This document shows, in pieces, positions 37,847-52,060 of a stretch of DNA of 64,000 nucleotides (positions within the stretch are counted from its first letter, which is position 1; each line of letters starts with the position of its first letter). A model generated the notes under the pieces. That model had not been told where the DNA came from. It searched no databases and saw nothing but the letters and a program-made list of their open reading frames with translations. The position numbers were made by a program, and so were the translations under genes. This stretch comes from the human T2T-CHM13v2.0 reference genome, Homo sapiens. The DNA lies in assembly GCF_009914755.1 (NCBI RefSeq), contig NC_060938.1; one strand, written 5' to 3'.

Positions 37847-40800
37847 CTTAGTTGACTTACTTGTCACTTAGGTTTTAAGAAGAATGTTTTCAGATTACTT
37901 TTGGGAATTTTACCAAGTTTGTGGTTATACCCTGAATTATTTTGTTAAAAAGAAAAGTCGGCTAGTTCAGAAAGGGAGAGAGAGGTAGACAGAGAGAAAG
38001 AAGAAAAAGTTGAGCCAGGATGAACAGGAAGCAATGCACTCAGTTGCACTCTGTTGTCACCAAACTAAGTGGATGATATCTTAATCTCTCGCAGATAAAA
38101 TTACTGTCTACCCCCATTTATAACCTCAGACTTTTTTTTGGGAACTAAGTAATTGCTGATTTACAACCTGAGGAAAGACAACGGAAGGGGAAAACTATCT
38201 CCTAAAGATGTCCCAGAAGACAGTGGCAAAATAAATAGAAAAATCAGATTTTGACATAGGAGATGGACGTATTTTCTGCCTTGTTCAGTGATGGCCATAT
38301 CAATCTCTGGAGAATGTAAGAAATCATTAGGGAAGTTTGTTTGTTTTTAACAGACTTGATCTTTTTAGAGCAGTTTTATTTTCATATCAAAATGAGCAAA
38401 AAGGACTATTTTCCAAGCAGGTAATAGCAGTGATTCCAGAAGCAGAGTTGGGGATGGAGAGTTCAAATGCTTTCAAATGCCCTGTGACTCTATGCTTTAT
38501 ATGGTTCTATACATCATCACAATATGATTAAGGATAACTGGACTTTCATCATTTCTATTATTTTTTTCTCTCACTATGCAAGTCTCTTTTATTATTTTTA
38601 AAAGCTGCAGCAAGGTGGCAAATTAAACTCATAACTTAGACGTGCAGAGAAAACCTATTTTGTCATTTGGTTTCAACTAATCTGAACAAAATTCCAAGCT
38701 CCTTCCAATGCATTAGCTGGGGAAAAAAATTAAACAAATAGTCAAACATCCAGTTGAGCTGATAATTTAAATAGCCATTAAAAAATTAAAAATTTCATTT
38801 GAATAAGTTTGGACAGCCTCTCAGCTAGCCTCCTCTTTCTCTTTTGACATCCCTAAAATGGCTTTAGAATGAATATGAGGAGGAGGTTTTATGCATGCTA
38901 CTGGAGGAAGGGATAAGGTCAAGTCCTTGGGATAGGGGCCCTCTCTTCCTTTTGCTCTCTGGGGCCAGGTCCTTTGTGTACCTTTCTGCTTCCTGGCTGA
39001 AGTTTGTTGAAGTCTGCAGCTGTCAGAGCCTGTGAATCAACCTCTCAGCTTGGGGAGGCCTGCACTTCAGTTCCTGTGGGCTGCAGCTTTCTCTGAGTCT
39101 TCTATGGCCCCAGTATAGTCCACTAGCCCAGTGGTCTCCCCCAGCCTCTGCTGAGAAGTTATCTCACCCTGCCACAGAGGCCACATGGTAAAATTCTTGG
39201 CTCAGTGAATACAGGGGACCTCAGTGGCTGTAGACTGGCAACCCTTAGAATCTACTCGACCTGACTATGCCTGTCTTCTTTTCTGTGGCTTTCAGGTCTT
39301 CTTTATCCCTCTTTACTTTTGTCAACATTACTTATTAAAACATTCCACTCTCCCCACCTCACCTTTACACTAGAGAAAAAAGATAGTAGTTGAGTCCTTC
39401 AGTCTTACCCCTTGATGTGCTGTAGCAGGAAAAGTATTTAGTAATCTCTCCTGCCCCTCCCCTAAACACACACCTACCTGATTTCCAAGCATGTTTGCAT
39501 TACCTATAAAGAAGGTGGAGTCAAGCCCTCTCCTTTCCTAATGTAATGAGCCTGTCCTCAGGGAGAGAGACTAAAATGAAACATGATTTATAGAAATTAA
39601 AACATATTAGTTTAATGTCTGTGAATTATTATCTTTTTTATAAGTGGCCTTTGTGTTCCCAGAGTAGCATTTCCCAGGTCATCTTCTTACATAGTACCCA
39701 CAGAAAAGGATCACACTTGAAAACCTTTGACTCCTCATCCATTTTAATTCCGACCATTGTACAAAAATGTTGAATGTGTAATTTTGGCCTGAGAAAAAAG
39801 ACAAGAATTTCACCTGGAGAATAGTAGGGATGATTCATTTTTAAAATGGCAATATATTTCCAGTCTATTTTAAACAAATAATAGAGATGTCATATTTGTA
39901 TTGATCTGAAAAAACACTTTAACAATGGGATTCTGTTTTGAAAATCTTGTTCATTCCCTTTTTTATTCCAACGTACAACATCAGAGTGAAGTATTAACTG
40001 AAATAATTAATAGATGTTCATATAACTTTGCCTGTAGCACACATAACTGTGGTGGGTACTTACAAAATACAGTATTGCAAAGTCTTTGTTTCTCTCTCGT
40101 TGCACCACACAACTTTGAGCTAAGGAGAACCTCTTACACATATGCAGATGGATATCTTGCTTTTTATTCAATAAATTTCAGTTTGTTGGCTTTAAAAGAA
40201 GACAGTTTCCACATTGTTGAAATGACATGGTTTCCCAAGGAGAAGGCAGGTACAGAGATAATGTTGTAAGTGATCACTTATTATTTTGCTAAATATCTGG
40301 AGACAAGGTATTAGAGTGAGCATACTTGTAAAATGACTGTGTTAGGAATGATCAATTACAGCCCAGCTTCTGATATCAACTAGAAAAGAAGGGGTTCTGC
40401 AAGTATGACAAAGTTGAGGAGGCCTATGAACTGAATAAGCCAGTTAAAAGTAAAATATCAAAATGCCTCCTTGTCATACTGTTGGGGAGAGAGGAGCATC
40501 ATCTAAAGAAAAAGATATAATTTTAAATAAAATTATTAAAACTTTGGTAGAATGTTCACTTTTATAATAAACATAATTATTGTCAAAACATACCTTAAAA
40601 TCGATTGGATTAGCCAAAAACTAGAAACATTATACCCATTTAAGACCTAGACTACAGGCATGTTACCAGAACTCTTAGGAGTAATGAGGAACTTAAAACT
40701 TTAAAAATAAATGCCTCTTTAAGCCAGGTTGATCTAAGTCTTCAATTTTGAGTGGACAAGAAGTAAGAAAGAAAATGAGAAGTGGGAAATGCTATCAGTT

Positions 40801-41397
40801 AGCATATTAACTTGTCACTGAATAACTCTAGCCCACCCTCAGTGCCTACATGCTTGGAAATGTTAACAACAAGACTTCAAGTATTCCCAGCTTTAAGAAT
40901 TTAAGAATACAAAAACTATATGCTAGATTCCACTTAAAGGAAGACATGTTATACAGAGGAGGTCACAGTAGAATATTATGTACAAAAACAGTTCTGACTT
41001 TCAACAAATAATACCTATCTCAAAAGGCAACTGATACTTCCCATAAATTTAAAGAGAGAGAGAGAAAAAAAACAAACCAAGACATGATAGGCAAGCAGGA
41101 CAATATTTTACAATAGCACACATGACTTCCATAACTATTCTGTGAAAGAATGTCCAAATATTGATGAATAATAACTCTCACTCTGTTCTTTCTGTCTCTA
41201 CAACACTTGAACAACTATTAATCTAGCTAATCTTATTAACAGTGGCAAAATGTCTATTCAAAGTCAATAATTAAGTTAAACATTCTCCTTTATGTCCAAT
41301 GAGCCACTGTAACTAGCAAACCAAAATGTCTGTATGTCTTTTTCAAAAGATTTTCAAGTCTTCCTATGTATAAACTCTGGCACCTGAAATTAACATA

Positions 41398-41403
41398 CAC
41401 ACA

Positions 41404-41445
<42 letters not shown>
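41398..41445. repeat. (CA)n microsatellite
   Basis: Visible run with one interruption. Confidence 0.97.
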
Positions 41446-41447
<2 letters not shown>

Positions 41448-42364
41448 TATTAATTAAACAAAAAGGAACTTCTTAGGCAATAATTGGTGAAATAGAACTT
41501 CAAGACTGTCTTTTTTCCCTTTTCCCTTTTTAGCTCCCATTTCTACCCCTCCTTCCCCCAGCTCAGGACCTCATGTTTTCTGATTTTCCCCACTTCTCCC
41601 AATAAAGTTCTTCTCAGAAAAGGATTTACATTGATTTATAATTTACATAACTGACAAAGCTTCAAGTATTATTCCTCCAGAAGCAGGACTTTTTAATAAG
41701 GGCACAGTATCAGAAAATCAGGCAGCAGAATCCCTAAAATCGCATGTTCCTGTAAGGCAAATGTTTCTCAACAAGTGATCCATAATTCCAGCATTAGAAT
41801 CACCTGAGAACTTATAAAAAATTCATGGCCTCTATGTCTTACCCACAGATATTTTGATTAATTAGTTCTGAGGTAGATTTCAATTCTCAATGATTCTAAA
41901 GTACAATAAAGTTTGAGTACTAATAATTTAAGTGTTAAGAGCATGGAGTTTGCCATCAGCAGATGTGGCTCTGCTTTCTTTGTTGTGTAATACTGGGCAA
42001 CTTAATCTTTGTGAATCACATTTCATTCGTCTATAAGGTCAAGATAATGACATCTCTTCCATAGGGCTGTTGTGGTGAGACAAGGCATGTCAAATGCTAA
42101 ATCAGTCAACTTTTTTAGTATGAAAACTCAATTAGCTCACATGTGTGAAAAGTCTTGAGAAGATCTGGCTTCAGGGTGCACTTGACCCAAAACTCACTAG
42201 AATCTTTTTTCAGTCTCCATTGCTCATCCCTGATTTGTGCCATGTTGGCTTCATACTCAGCCTGGCTATTCTTTTGTGGTAAGACAGATGCAGAAAGTAA
42301 AACATGTCTTCTTTCCAGGTTCAAATTTCAAACGAAAGAGAAAATGTTATTTTCTCTTTTGGGC

Positions 42365-42836
42365 TGTCTGAGAACATTTATCTGTTGGGAGGCACTCCTC
42401 TCTTGGTTTCTTATACATTTTGCTGAGTATGCCAAGAATGTGAGGCCCTGACTGCTGACTGTTCTGTACCTGGATTATTTCTCAAGGTTGTGTTTGCAGC
42501 AAGCAATCTTGAGCAATCAGTTAACGTCTCTTTCAAGGTCAGAAAGAAGGCTTGGTCCCTGCTTGCTATAAAGTGGTGGTTTATCCAAGATCAGTGTCCT
42601 TCAAATGTGACAAAAACCCACTGCTACACAGCATCCATCTGGGCTCATAGTGCATCACCCATATGAGAATGGGAGGCAAAGAGAACTAATGCAAATCATG
42701 CTTGCTGGCTGTGCCATAAGCAATAAAGTCCTCTGCCTGACCCAGGAATCTTGTATCTTCTGCCAACCTCTATGAAACAGCAACAGACTAACTTATTAGC
42801 TTGTAAGGAAGGTGAGTAAAATTCCAGAATGTGACA
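42365..42836 (+). mobile_element. Probable ERVL-class solo LTR
   Basis: TG..CA ends, TATAAAAG-like box, AATAAA followed by tctgcctgacccaggaatcttg; family not identified. Confidence 0.45.
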
Positions 42837-44120
42837 GCGTCTGCCACTGAATTCATTAGCAAAGTCTGAGGAATATGGCTGGCTGGCCTGGATGATATAA
42901 TCTACCCTTGGAGATAGCAGTGTCAACTTTACCCAGAAATGGGAGGGTAGCAGGGTCGATTTCAAGAGGAATAAATTGAGATAAAATTACCCAAAGTATG
43001 TAATGAATGGTAGTTGCATGGCAACAAACAAACAGCAACAACAACAAAATCAAGCACCATCTACAACTGCCAGGCATATTAAGAGCTCAGTAAATTGAAG
43101 ATACTATTATTATTATTATTAATCATTATTGGTGTTCTACAAGAGAAAGTGGAGAATTGAGGTGATTCAGGTTTTAAAATGCTTCTACATGATCTAGCCA
43201 TATAAAATTACTTAGACAGTGTTAGATTTACTTTAAACAAACAACACTTTGTTTCATTTCTTTGCATGTAAGTACCACTGAAAGCTGAGCGAAATATATT
43301 TGTATTTATGCATTTTTTTCTATGATAAAGGACACTAGTGATGTTATTTATTTGGGAAATTCAAAATATCTCATAAATGTTAAAAGGATTTTGATCTAGA
43401 AATTAACAGATTCCATATGGCCTCAAGAAAATTAATCAGTCTTTACATTAGATTCTACAGCTTTAAAATCAGATTAGATATTAATCCAGGTTAGTAACAT
43501 TTTGTTACATTTTCATAAGATTAATAATATTATTTAAATATGTTTAAAAATAACTTGATAAAATCATTTTAATGTTACACATAGCATAATGTTAAGCATA
43601 TTGAAGATGGCACTGAAGTTAGCAGCATATAGGAATAAAACACAAAGTGATATGCAAAGGTTTGGCAGGGCTAGATGTGAAACCACACTTTATCATCAAC
43701 AATTGTGGGAAAGTTTGCTTTAAACATAATTTTAAGTAACATAAATAAGGTAGCCCACCACAACCAGAGATGGGTACCAATGATTAGTAAAATAGTATCC
43801 AAATAAGCTTCCTTCATTTTTCCTGTGGCTTACACATATAGCTATGCCATACATTTGGGACCCTAAAACACCATTGTGAAGATAACCAGTTCCCATGAAT
43901 TAGACTGACAGTTCAGTTTCCTTCAGATTTCATAGCAGTTACATAAAACTGTCAGTAACCAGAGTTTAAAATACAGCAGCGGGGCAGGCAGAGAAGGAAC
44001 ATTTACTCAGTATCTACTTTGTAAGTGACACATTTTGCTAAGTGCTTTACATTTTATCCCATTTAGTTTTCCCCAAGATTCCTGTGAATTAGAAATCTTC
44101 ATTTCTTATACAAGGAAGGT

Positions 44121-44178
<58 letters not shown>
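44121..44178. repeat. Compound (TG)n(AG)n microsatellite inside a reverse MIR
   Basis: Visible directly. Confidence 0.95.
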
Positions 44179-44181
<3 letters not shown>

Positions 44182-46553
44182 TTGCCCAGCACATAAAAGC
44201 TGATAGGTGATAGAAACAGAACCAGGAGTACTGGAAACCAGATCAATTTGACTCCAAGAACAATGATCCTCTATCAATTGAAGTCCTTTTAAATGGCACA
44301 TAAATGTCATTCTGCAAACTATCTAAAATTGGGAAAATTTTGACTGTTGTTTCAGGATTCCCCCATTACAGTGACCAACAACAAAATGTACCACCCTACT
44401 CATGATCTCTACCTAAAGTATAATAAGCTAAATAATCGGTAAATACTAAAACAGCTATATTTCCCACAGAAATGAGTCAGATTGCTTAGGAGAAAAACTA
44501 GTTTCACTGCTAAGTCAAATGTGCCCATTTCAAGAACTCCATATGATACACATAAGGCCACACCATACATGCCCCTCCTTCTAATTAGGGAAGCAGTGCC
44601 ACAGTGCAGTGATTAAGTAGGTGGGATCAAGAATCAGAATGCATTGTTTAGAATCTTGGCTTTGGAAAATCACTGGTTATTGTTTACAGAAAAATCTTAG
44701 ACAAATTATGTTTAACAGAGTTTAATTGAGCACAGAATGATTCACAAATTGGGCAGCCCCCAAATGACAATAGGTTCAGAGAGATTCCAGTGTAGCCACA
44801 TGGTGAAAAATTTATGGACAGAGAAAGAAAGCAGGCTACAGAAAATGGAAGTGAGGTACAGATTGGCTACAGCCCAGTGTTTGCCTTATTTGAACATGGT
44901 TTGAATGGTTGACTACATTTGATTAGCCAAAACTCAGTGACTGGCACAACAGTAGGTTACAGTCTGTTTGCACATCCACTAAGGTTACAGTTCACTATGT
45001 ACAGAGAAACTTTGAGGCCAAACTTAGAATATATAAGGAGGCAGCTTTGGGCTAAACAATTCCTCCCTTTTGGTCATCACTCAATATTGAGAGATTGACC
45101 AAAACTTTAGGCTTCAATGTCACTCTGTCACCATTTAAAAGTGTACTTATTTGGTCTTAAATTTTACTGGAAAATAGTAGGAAATTAGGTTTGTAAGATG
45201 GAAACAAGGACTTCAGGTTATTTTTTCTTTAGCAATTTCCCTCTTTCAGTCAGTTTCTCACTTAGGTGAGAGTGTGACCAAAACATAGTACCTTCATGCC
45301 ACACTCAGTTACCATCCTTTTGAGTTTCCAGTCTCACCACATCATTCACAAGTTATGGTGCCCACATTTTTCTTCTGAGCTTTTATCACCACAGTTGAAG
45401 AGAGCATTTGACATCCTTGACATGGCTGCATGCAAACATTTAAAACTTTTGAGAGAATACAGTGCACCAGGGAGACTATTATGTCTATCAGGAGGATAAT
45501 ACCAAGAGTTTAGGGTGTGCTCCTTAGCCAGGTCCCAGTGAAACAAACCAGCTAAAATAAATAGATCAAAGAATGGGCTAGATAAAACATCTACCATTTT
45601 CAACCAAGCAGCCTGCTCATTAATCTCCTATTACTGAATCTCTGTAACACCCAATGTATGCCTCTATGTGCAACTACAAGTATCAGCAACAGCAAAGATA
45701 CTTCTCTGTTTAGCCAGTAAGTCATCTAGAGCAATTCTGTTATTTAGCATAACTTTAACAAGATAATTTTAAATCTGTTGTGAAACCATAGCCTTTGCAG
45801 TAGAATCTGTTAAAGAGCCCAGCGTGAGGGATAAATTTCTAACTATTGCCTCATTTACTCCAAACCATGGGAAAAGAGACCTAAAAAATGATGCCCATCC
45901 AGAAGAGCAAACGCCTCCTGGCAATGTACTCTTTAACTTATGCAGACAATGTTCTCTTTAATCTATGACGTAGTTTAAAGAGTGGACTGATGTTTTGTTT
46001 CTGATCAGTTATGAAGCAACAAAGGTGCCATTGATTCTGCCTTGTAGCCTCTGGTCTAGGTGTTGAGAACATATCTCTAGGCCTCACCATGACCATCTAT
46101 CCAGACCCCTGAATCTAGAGGCTCAAAACCAAAAACATACATAAACTCACAGTCACATCAAGCAATTATTGAATTATATTTCACCAACAATTTTGAAGCC
46201 ATTCCTATTTTACCAACAACTTAAAAACTAGCTTTATTTACCAAACATTATCATCAACAAATAACACATACAGACATAGAGACATAGAGACACATAGACA
46301 GAAGCAGATTTACAGCTTTCATAAAGTGTTCTCATTTGCTGGCTTTCAGATTTTTCCCCCCATTCAGACTATCACTCTTTCAATTGCCCCGTTTCATTGC
46401 CCTAAGCAATTGTTAGCTAGGCAACTCTAAATTTGCATTTCTAAAGGAACAGCTCAGGTGAAACAAGAAATTGTATATTTCAAAAACACATAGCTAAGAT
46501 TTTAGGCCTAAATATAATAGCATCATTTGTTCAAACAAAGGAAAACCTGATGA

Positions 46554-46839
<286 letters not shown>

Positions 46840-47092
46840 ATGAAAGTTCAATTAAGAGGAAATGGCCAGAAAAGCACCTTAAAGAAAGTATGACTTGTTA
46901 TGTAAATTTAAAACAATAGCAAGCGTTTCTAATGAACACAGACAGATACCCTTATATATGGAGGTTTCCTTTATAGATGTAAATTTCTTTTACCAAAAGG
47001 TTTCAAGATAGCCAGTTAAATACCAGAAAAGTGCATTTTGGAGATCAATTTAGTTCAATAGATAGCCTTTTAAGCTGCTATTTCTTAGATAA

Positions 47093-47460
<368 letters not shown>

Positions 47461-47537
47461 CATCATTTTCTGTACCTTGAGTTAGCATGAATAGATCTGA
47501 AAAAGAGAAGATAAGCCTACTTTGCCTGAAGGCCTAC

Positions 47538-48312
47538 TTTTTTTTTTTTTTTTTTGACATTTACATGGTGTGGGGAAGGCTGGTTGGCCCACCTTAATCT
47601 TTTTATTTTTTATTTATTTTTATACTTTAATTTCTGGGGTACATGTGCGGAACGTGCAGTTTTGTTACATAGGTATACACGTGCTGTGGTGGTTTGCTGC
47701 ACCTATCAACCTGTCACCTACATTAGGTATTTCTCCTAATGTTATCCCTCCCCTAGTCCCCGAGCCCCCAACAGGCCCCAGTGTGTGATGTTCCCCTCCC
47801 TATGTCCATGTGTTCTCATTGTTCAACTCCTACTTATGAGTGAGAACATGCGGTGTTTGGTTTTCTGTTCTTGTGTTAGTTTGCTGAGAATGATGGTTTC
47901 CTGCTTCATCCATGTCCCTGCAAAGGACATAAACTTATCCTTTTTTATAGCTGCATAGTATTTCATGGTGTATATGTGCCACATTTTCTTTATCTAGTCT
48001 ATTATTGATAGACATTTGGGTTGGTTCTAAGTCTTTGCTATTGTGAATAGTGCCACAATAAACATACGTGTGCATGTGTCTTTATGGTAGAATGATTTAT
48101 AATCCTTTGGGTATATACCCAGTAATGGGATTGCTGGGTCAAATGGTATTTCTAGTTCCAGATCCTTGAGGAATTGCCACACTGTCTTCCACAATAGTTG
48201 AACTAATTTGCACTCCCAACAGCCTAAAAGTGTTCCTATTTCTCCACATCCTCTCCAGCATCAAAACCACAATGAGATACAGTCTCACAACAGTTAGAAT
48301 GGCGAACATTAA
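47538..48312 (-). mobile_element. Truncated L1PA with 5' inversion and 3' transduction
   Basis: L1 3' UTR 47600-48262 (-), inverted piece 48263-48312, extra 44 bp plus a second poly(A), TSD AAGGCCTAC. Confidence 0.9.
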
Positions 48313-48731
48313 AAGGCCTACCTTTTATAAACACTTTATTCAAGATAGCTTTCTTTTCAACTTCGGGGTGGGATAGTAACTAAGCCAAAAGGTCAGCAGA
48401 CTTAATTTTTCTTATCAATTAGTTGCTTACATTTTTTATTGATCTTTTATAGAGTCTTTTTTTAAAAGCAATAAAAATACTGAAATCTTCTTAGAAGCTT
48501 TTGCACATCAAGAGGCATCCCTAAATGAGACTAGGAAGCCCTCATTTTCAAATGCACTCTTCAAGTGCAGTGTTGTTCATTTGGAACATTCCACTGTAAT
48601 TTTAAATTATCTTTAGTAAGATTTTGCCATTTCTATAAGCATTTGCTGCTTCTGGGGTCTAGTACTTATACCTAAAAATGTGGGCATAGCTGGAAGGTAG
48701 AGAACTCGGTTCTTTAGAAATTAAGGATCTC

Positions 48732-49081
<350 letters not shown>

Positions 49082-51629
49082 TTAGCCAATGATCTTTCCC
49101 TACCTAAGCACACAAGTAAAAGAAACAAGGGGGACAGACACAAAAGTCTCTGCAAATTTCTGAAAGCTGCAGTTTGCACACTCTGCATTATTACCATTTA
49201 CTATCAGTTTCTGTCTGACTCAGTCAGACATCTGAGGCCTCTAACTGGATCCAAACCAGTTAATTATTGGATCCAATTCAATTCTGGACTTGATTCAGTT
49301 TCTCTTGTGATTTCCAAACCCAATTTGGATCAGAAATGTGCTCAAACAAACTCAGATAGCTCAAAACACCAATTTGTGGAGCTTCAGAATCTGAGAGAGG
49401 GAATTTAACCATGATCCCAATCCCTAGTGGCAAAACAATAGACACAGTGGGCCTGATGGGTACCTGGCTTGGTCATTCAGCACTCCTGGGAGTTACTTGA
49501 AGTGCTACTTCAAATCCCATTTCTGATACCATATGTTAAAAGAAAACCCTTAGACAAATTAATTTAACTAAGTTTAATTGAGCAAAGAACAATTTGCAAA
49601 TTGGGAAGCCCTAAAACCAGAAAAGGTTCAGAGAGACTCCAGCATAGCCACATGGCAGAAGACTTATGAACAGCAAAAGAAGTGATGTACAGAAAAATGA
49701 AGTGATGTACAGAAAAATGAAGTGAGGTACAGAAGCAGCCAAATTGGTCACAGCCCACTGTTTGCCTGATTTGAACAGTTTGAACAGTTAGCCGCTACCT
49801 TTGATTAGCCAAAACTTGGTAATTGGCGCAAGAGTAGGTTACAATCTGTTTACACATCCAGTTAGGTTCATTAAGGACAGAGAAACCTTTAAGCCAAACT
49901 TAGAATATGTAAGGAGGCAGCTTTACGCTTAACTTAATTTAACACTATGTACCATGGGCAGGTTATTTGTTCACTCATGCCTCATACTGCTTAACTGAAA
50001 AATGAGAATAAAAATAATTTCTGTCCCACAATATTAGCAAAGTTATGTTTAAATTCTTTCAGCATTTTTACTTTAATAACCATTCTCATTTACATAACTG
50101 TCATAGAGATACCAATAGTTCAAGAACACCGAAAGCCCATAAACATTTTTGTTTTTACTTATAAAGATACAGTGAATATGTTCTAATTAATAGGAATTAA
50201 GTAATTAAGAAACATTAAAATAATTATTAAGCCTTTGTTGGCTATTAGAATAGGACAAATCCCTAGTGTTTAAAAAAGCTAAATTCTAGATGAGTAACAT
50301 TAGTTCAGTCCCATAAACTACTATAAACAGATTTTAGGACATTAGTAATGAGTAAGGATTTTTTCCCCTCTATTTAAACTAGTAAATTCTGCTATAGCAG
50401 TAATGTATGGTAATTGAAAAGCATTAAACAAAATCTTTTTATCAGGCACTTTTCCCAATTAAGAGGTCATACTATTTATCAGAATACCAATTAAATAGAA
50501 TTCACTGAATTATTCAAGTGAACAGAGTCTGGTTAAGGAAAGAGGAGAAACTCAGAAAAAAAAATACTTCTCAAATATTGAAAACTGATATTACGAAACT
50601 GTAAAACAACTTATTTTCTTGTAAATTTTTCTTATAAATTATCTCATTGAATCCACAAGCAGAAGAGTGAACATGCAAAACAAAGAGGTAAATAGGCAAA
50701 ATAAAATTTCAAACAGCTGTGGAGACTTTAAAGCTGGGGTCTACCAAACATTCCTCTCAAATGAGTGCTGTCTCACCTGCAGCTGCATCTTGTCTCATTT
50801 GCAAACCTAGGATGGATCCATAAGAATAAAATTGATGACTACATCAATTTCTCTGAGTTTTAATCCTTTCCTTATGATAGCATCTTCCCCAAAGTGAGAA
50901 TCTCTAGAATCATCACAACGAACATCTGGTTACATTCCTGTTCAAGATAAAATAAAACTGACTCCACTCTTAATTGAACATACATTTAAATTTTCCCTTC
51001 ATTTTTCTGACAAAAGCACGGGAAGGAACAAGGAGAAGAACATGGCAAACCAAGTGAAGGGTTCTTGCAAAAATAACCAGCCATGAGGAAGATGGAAGGT
51101 CAACCAGGATTTGCTTGGGCAAGACACAGTTTTTGTTCTCATTTTCAAAAACACAGATGGAAGAAACTTGATTATCTAGTTGTTTTCTATTGGCCTATAA
51201 ATTCCTCAGGGGACATTTCCTCAACGTTTAACCATCCACATACCACAACTAAAGGGCAACAGTACAGACTAGTTAGGAACAGCAACTGTGGCACTCAGCT
51301 GCTTAACAGCTGCGTGACCTCAGGTCAATAACTTCATTTCGTCATCTTAGATTTAGTTTTCTCATCTATAAAATGGAGCAAATCATGGTACTTACATCAT
51401 AGGATTGTTGTAAAGATTAAATAAGTTAATATTTGCAAAGTTCTTAGACAAAACTTGACACATGGTCAGTTTTTAAGCACTCAACAAAATATCCTTATAT
51501 TGAATTGGTGGGTTTATTAGGAAAAGGCAAAATTTTGAAGTCATTAATGCTGGTATTGGGAACAATTGCCTATTTCTTGAGAGTCTCTCTCCCTGCTTTT
51601 GGTCTTCTAGAGTCTTCCTCACGTAAGCA

Positions 51630-52060
51630 TGTTAAGGCAAACTAAATATGATCTGAGAAGGACTCTGTACTTGTATATTTGAGTCCTGGTGGATGAACTG
51701 TAACCTAGCTTAATAGTCAGACAAAATTGAAAACCTAACAGGAGTATGTGCCTGTAACAATAACTGAGTCTTGGCCAATCCCAGTGGCCACACTTCAACC
51801 ACTCATAGACTGCTAAGTGTTCAAACCATGTTCAAATAAGGTAAATGCCAACCTGTAACCCATCCAGCTGCTTCTCTACCTCACGGCCAATTTCTGAACA
51901 TCATTTCCCTTTTTTCGTCTATAAGTCTTCTTCTACCACGTGGCTGCACTGGAGTCTCTGTGAATCTGCTGTGATTCTGGGGGCTGCCCGATTCACAAAT
52001 TGTTCATTGCTCAATTAAATTCCTTTAAATTTAATTTGGCTGAAGTTTTTCTTTTATCCA
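51630..52060 (+). mobile_element. MER57A-like solo LTR
   Basis: TGTTAAGGCAAACTAAATATG...GAGAAGGACTC start; 3' half homologous to the LTRs of the neighbouring provirus. Confidence 0.8.
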
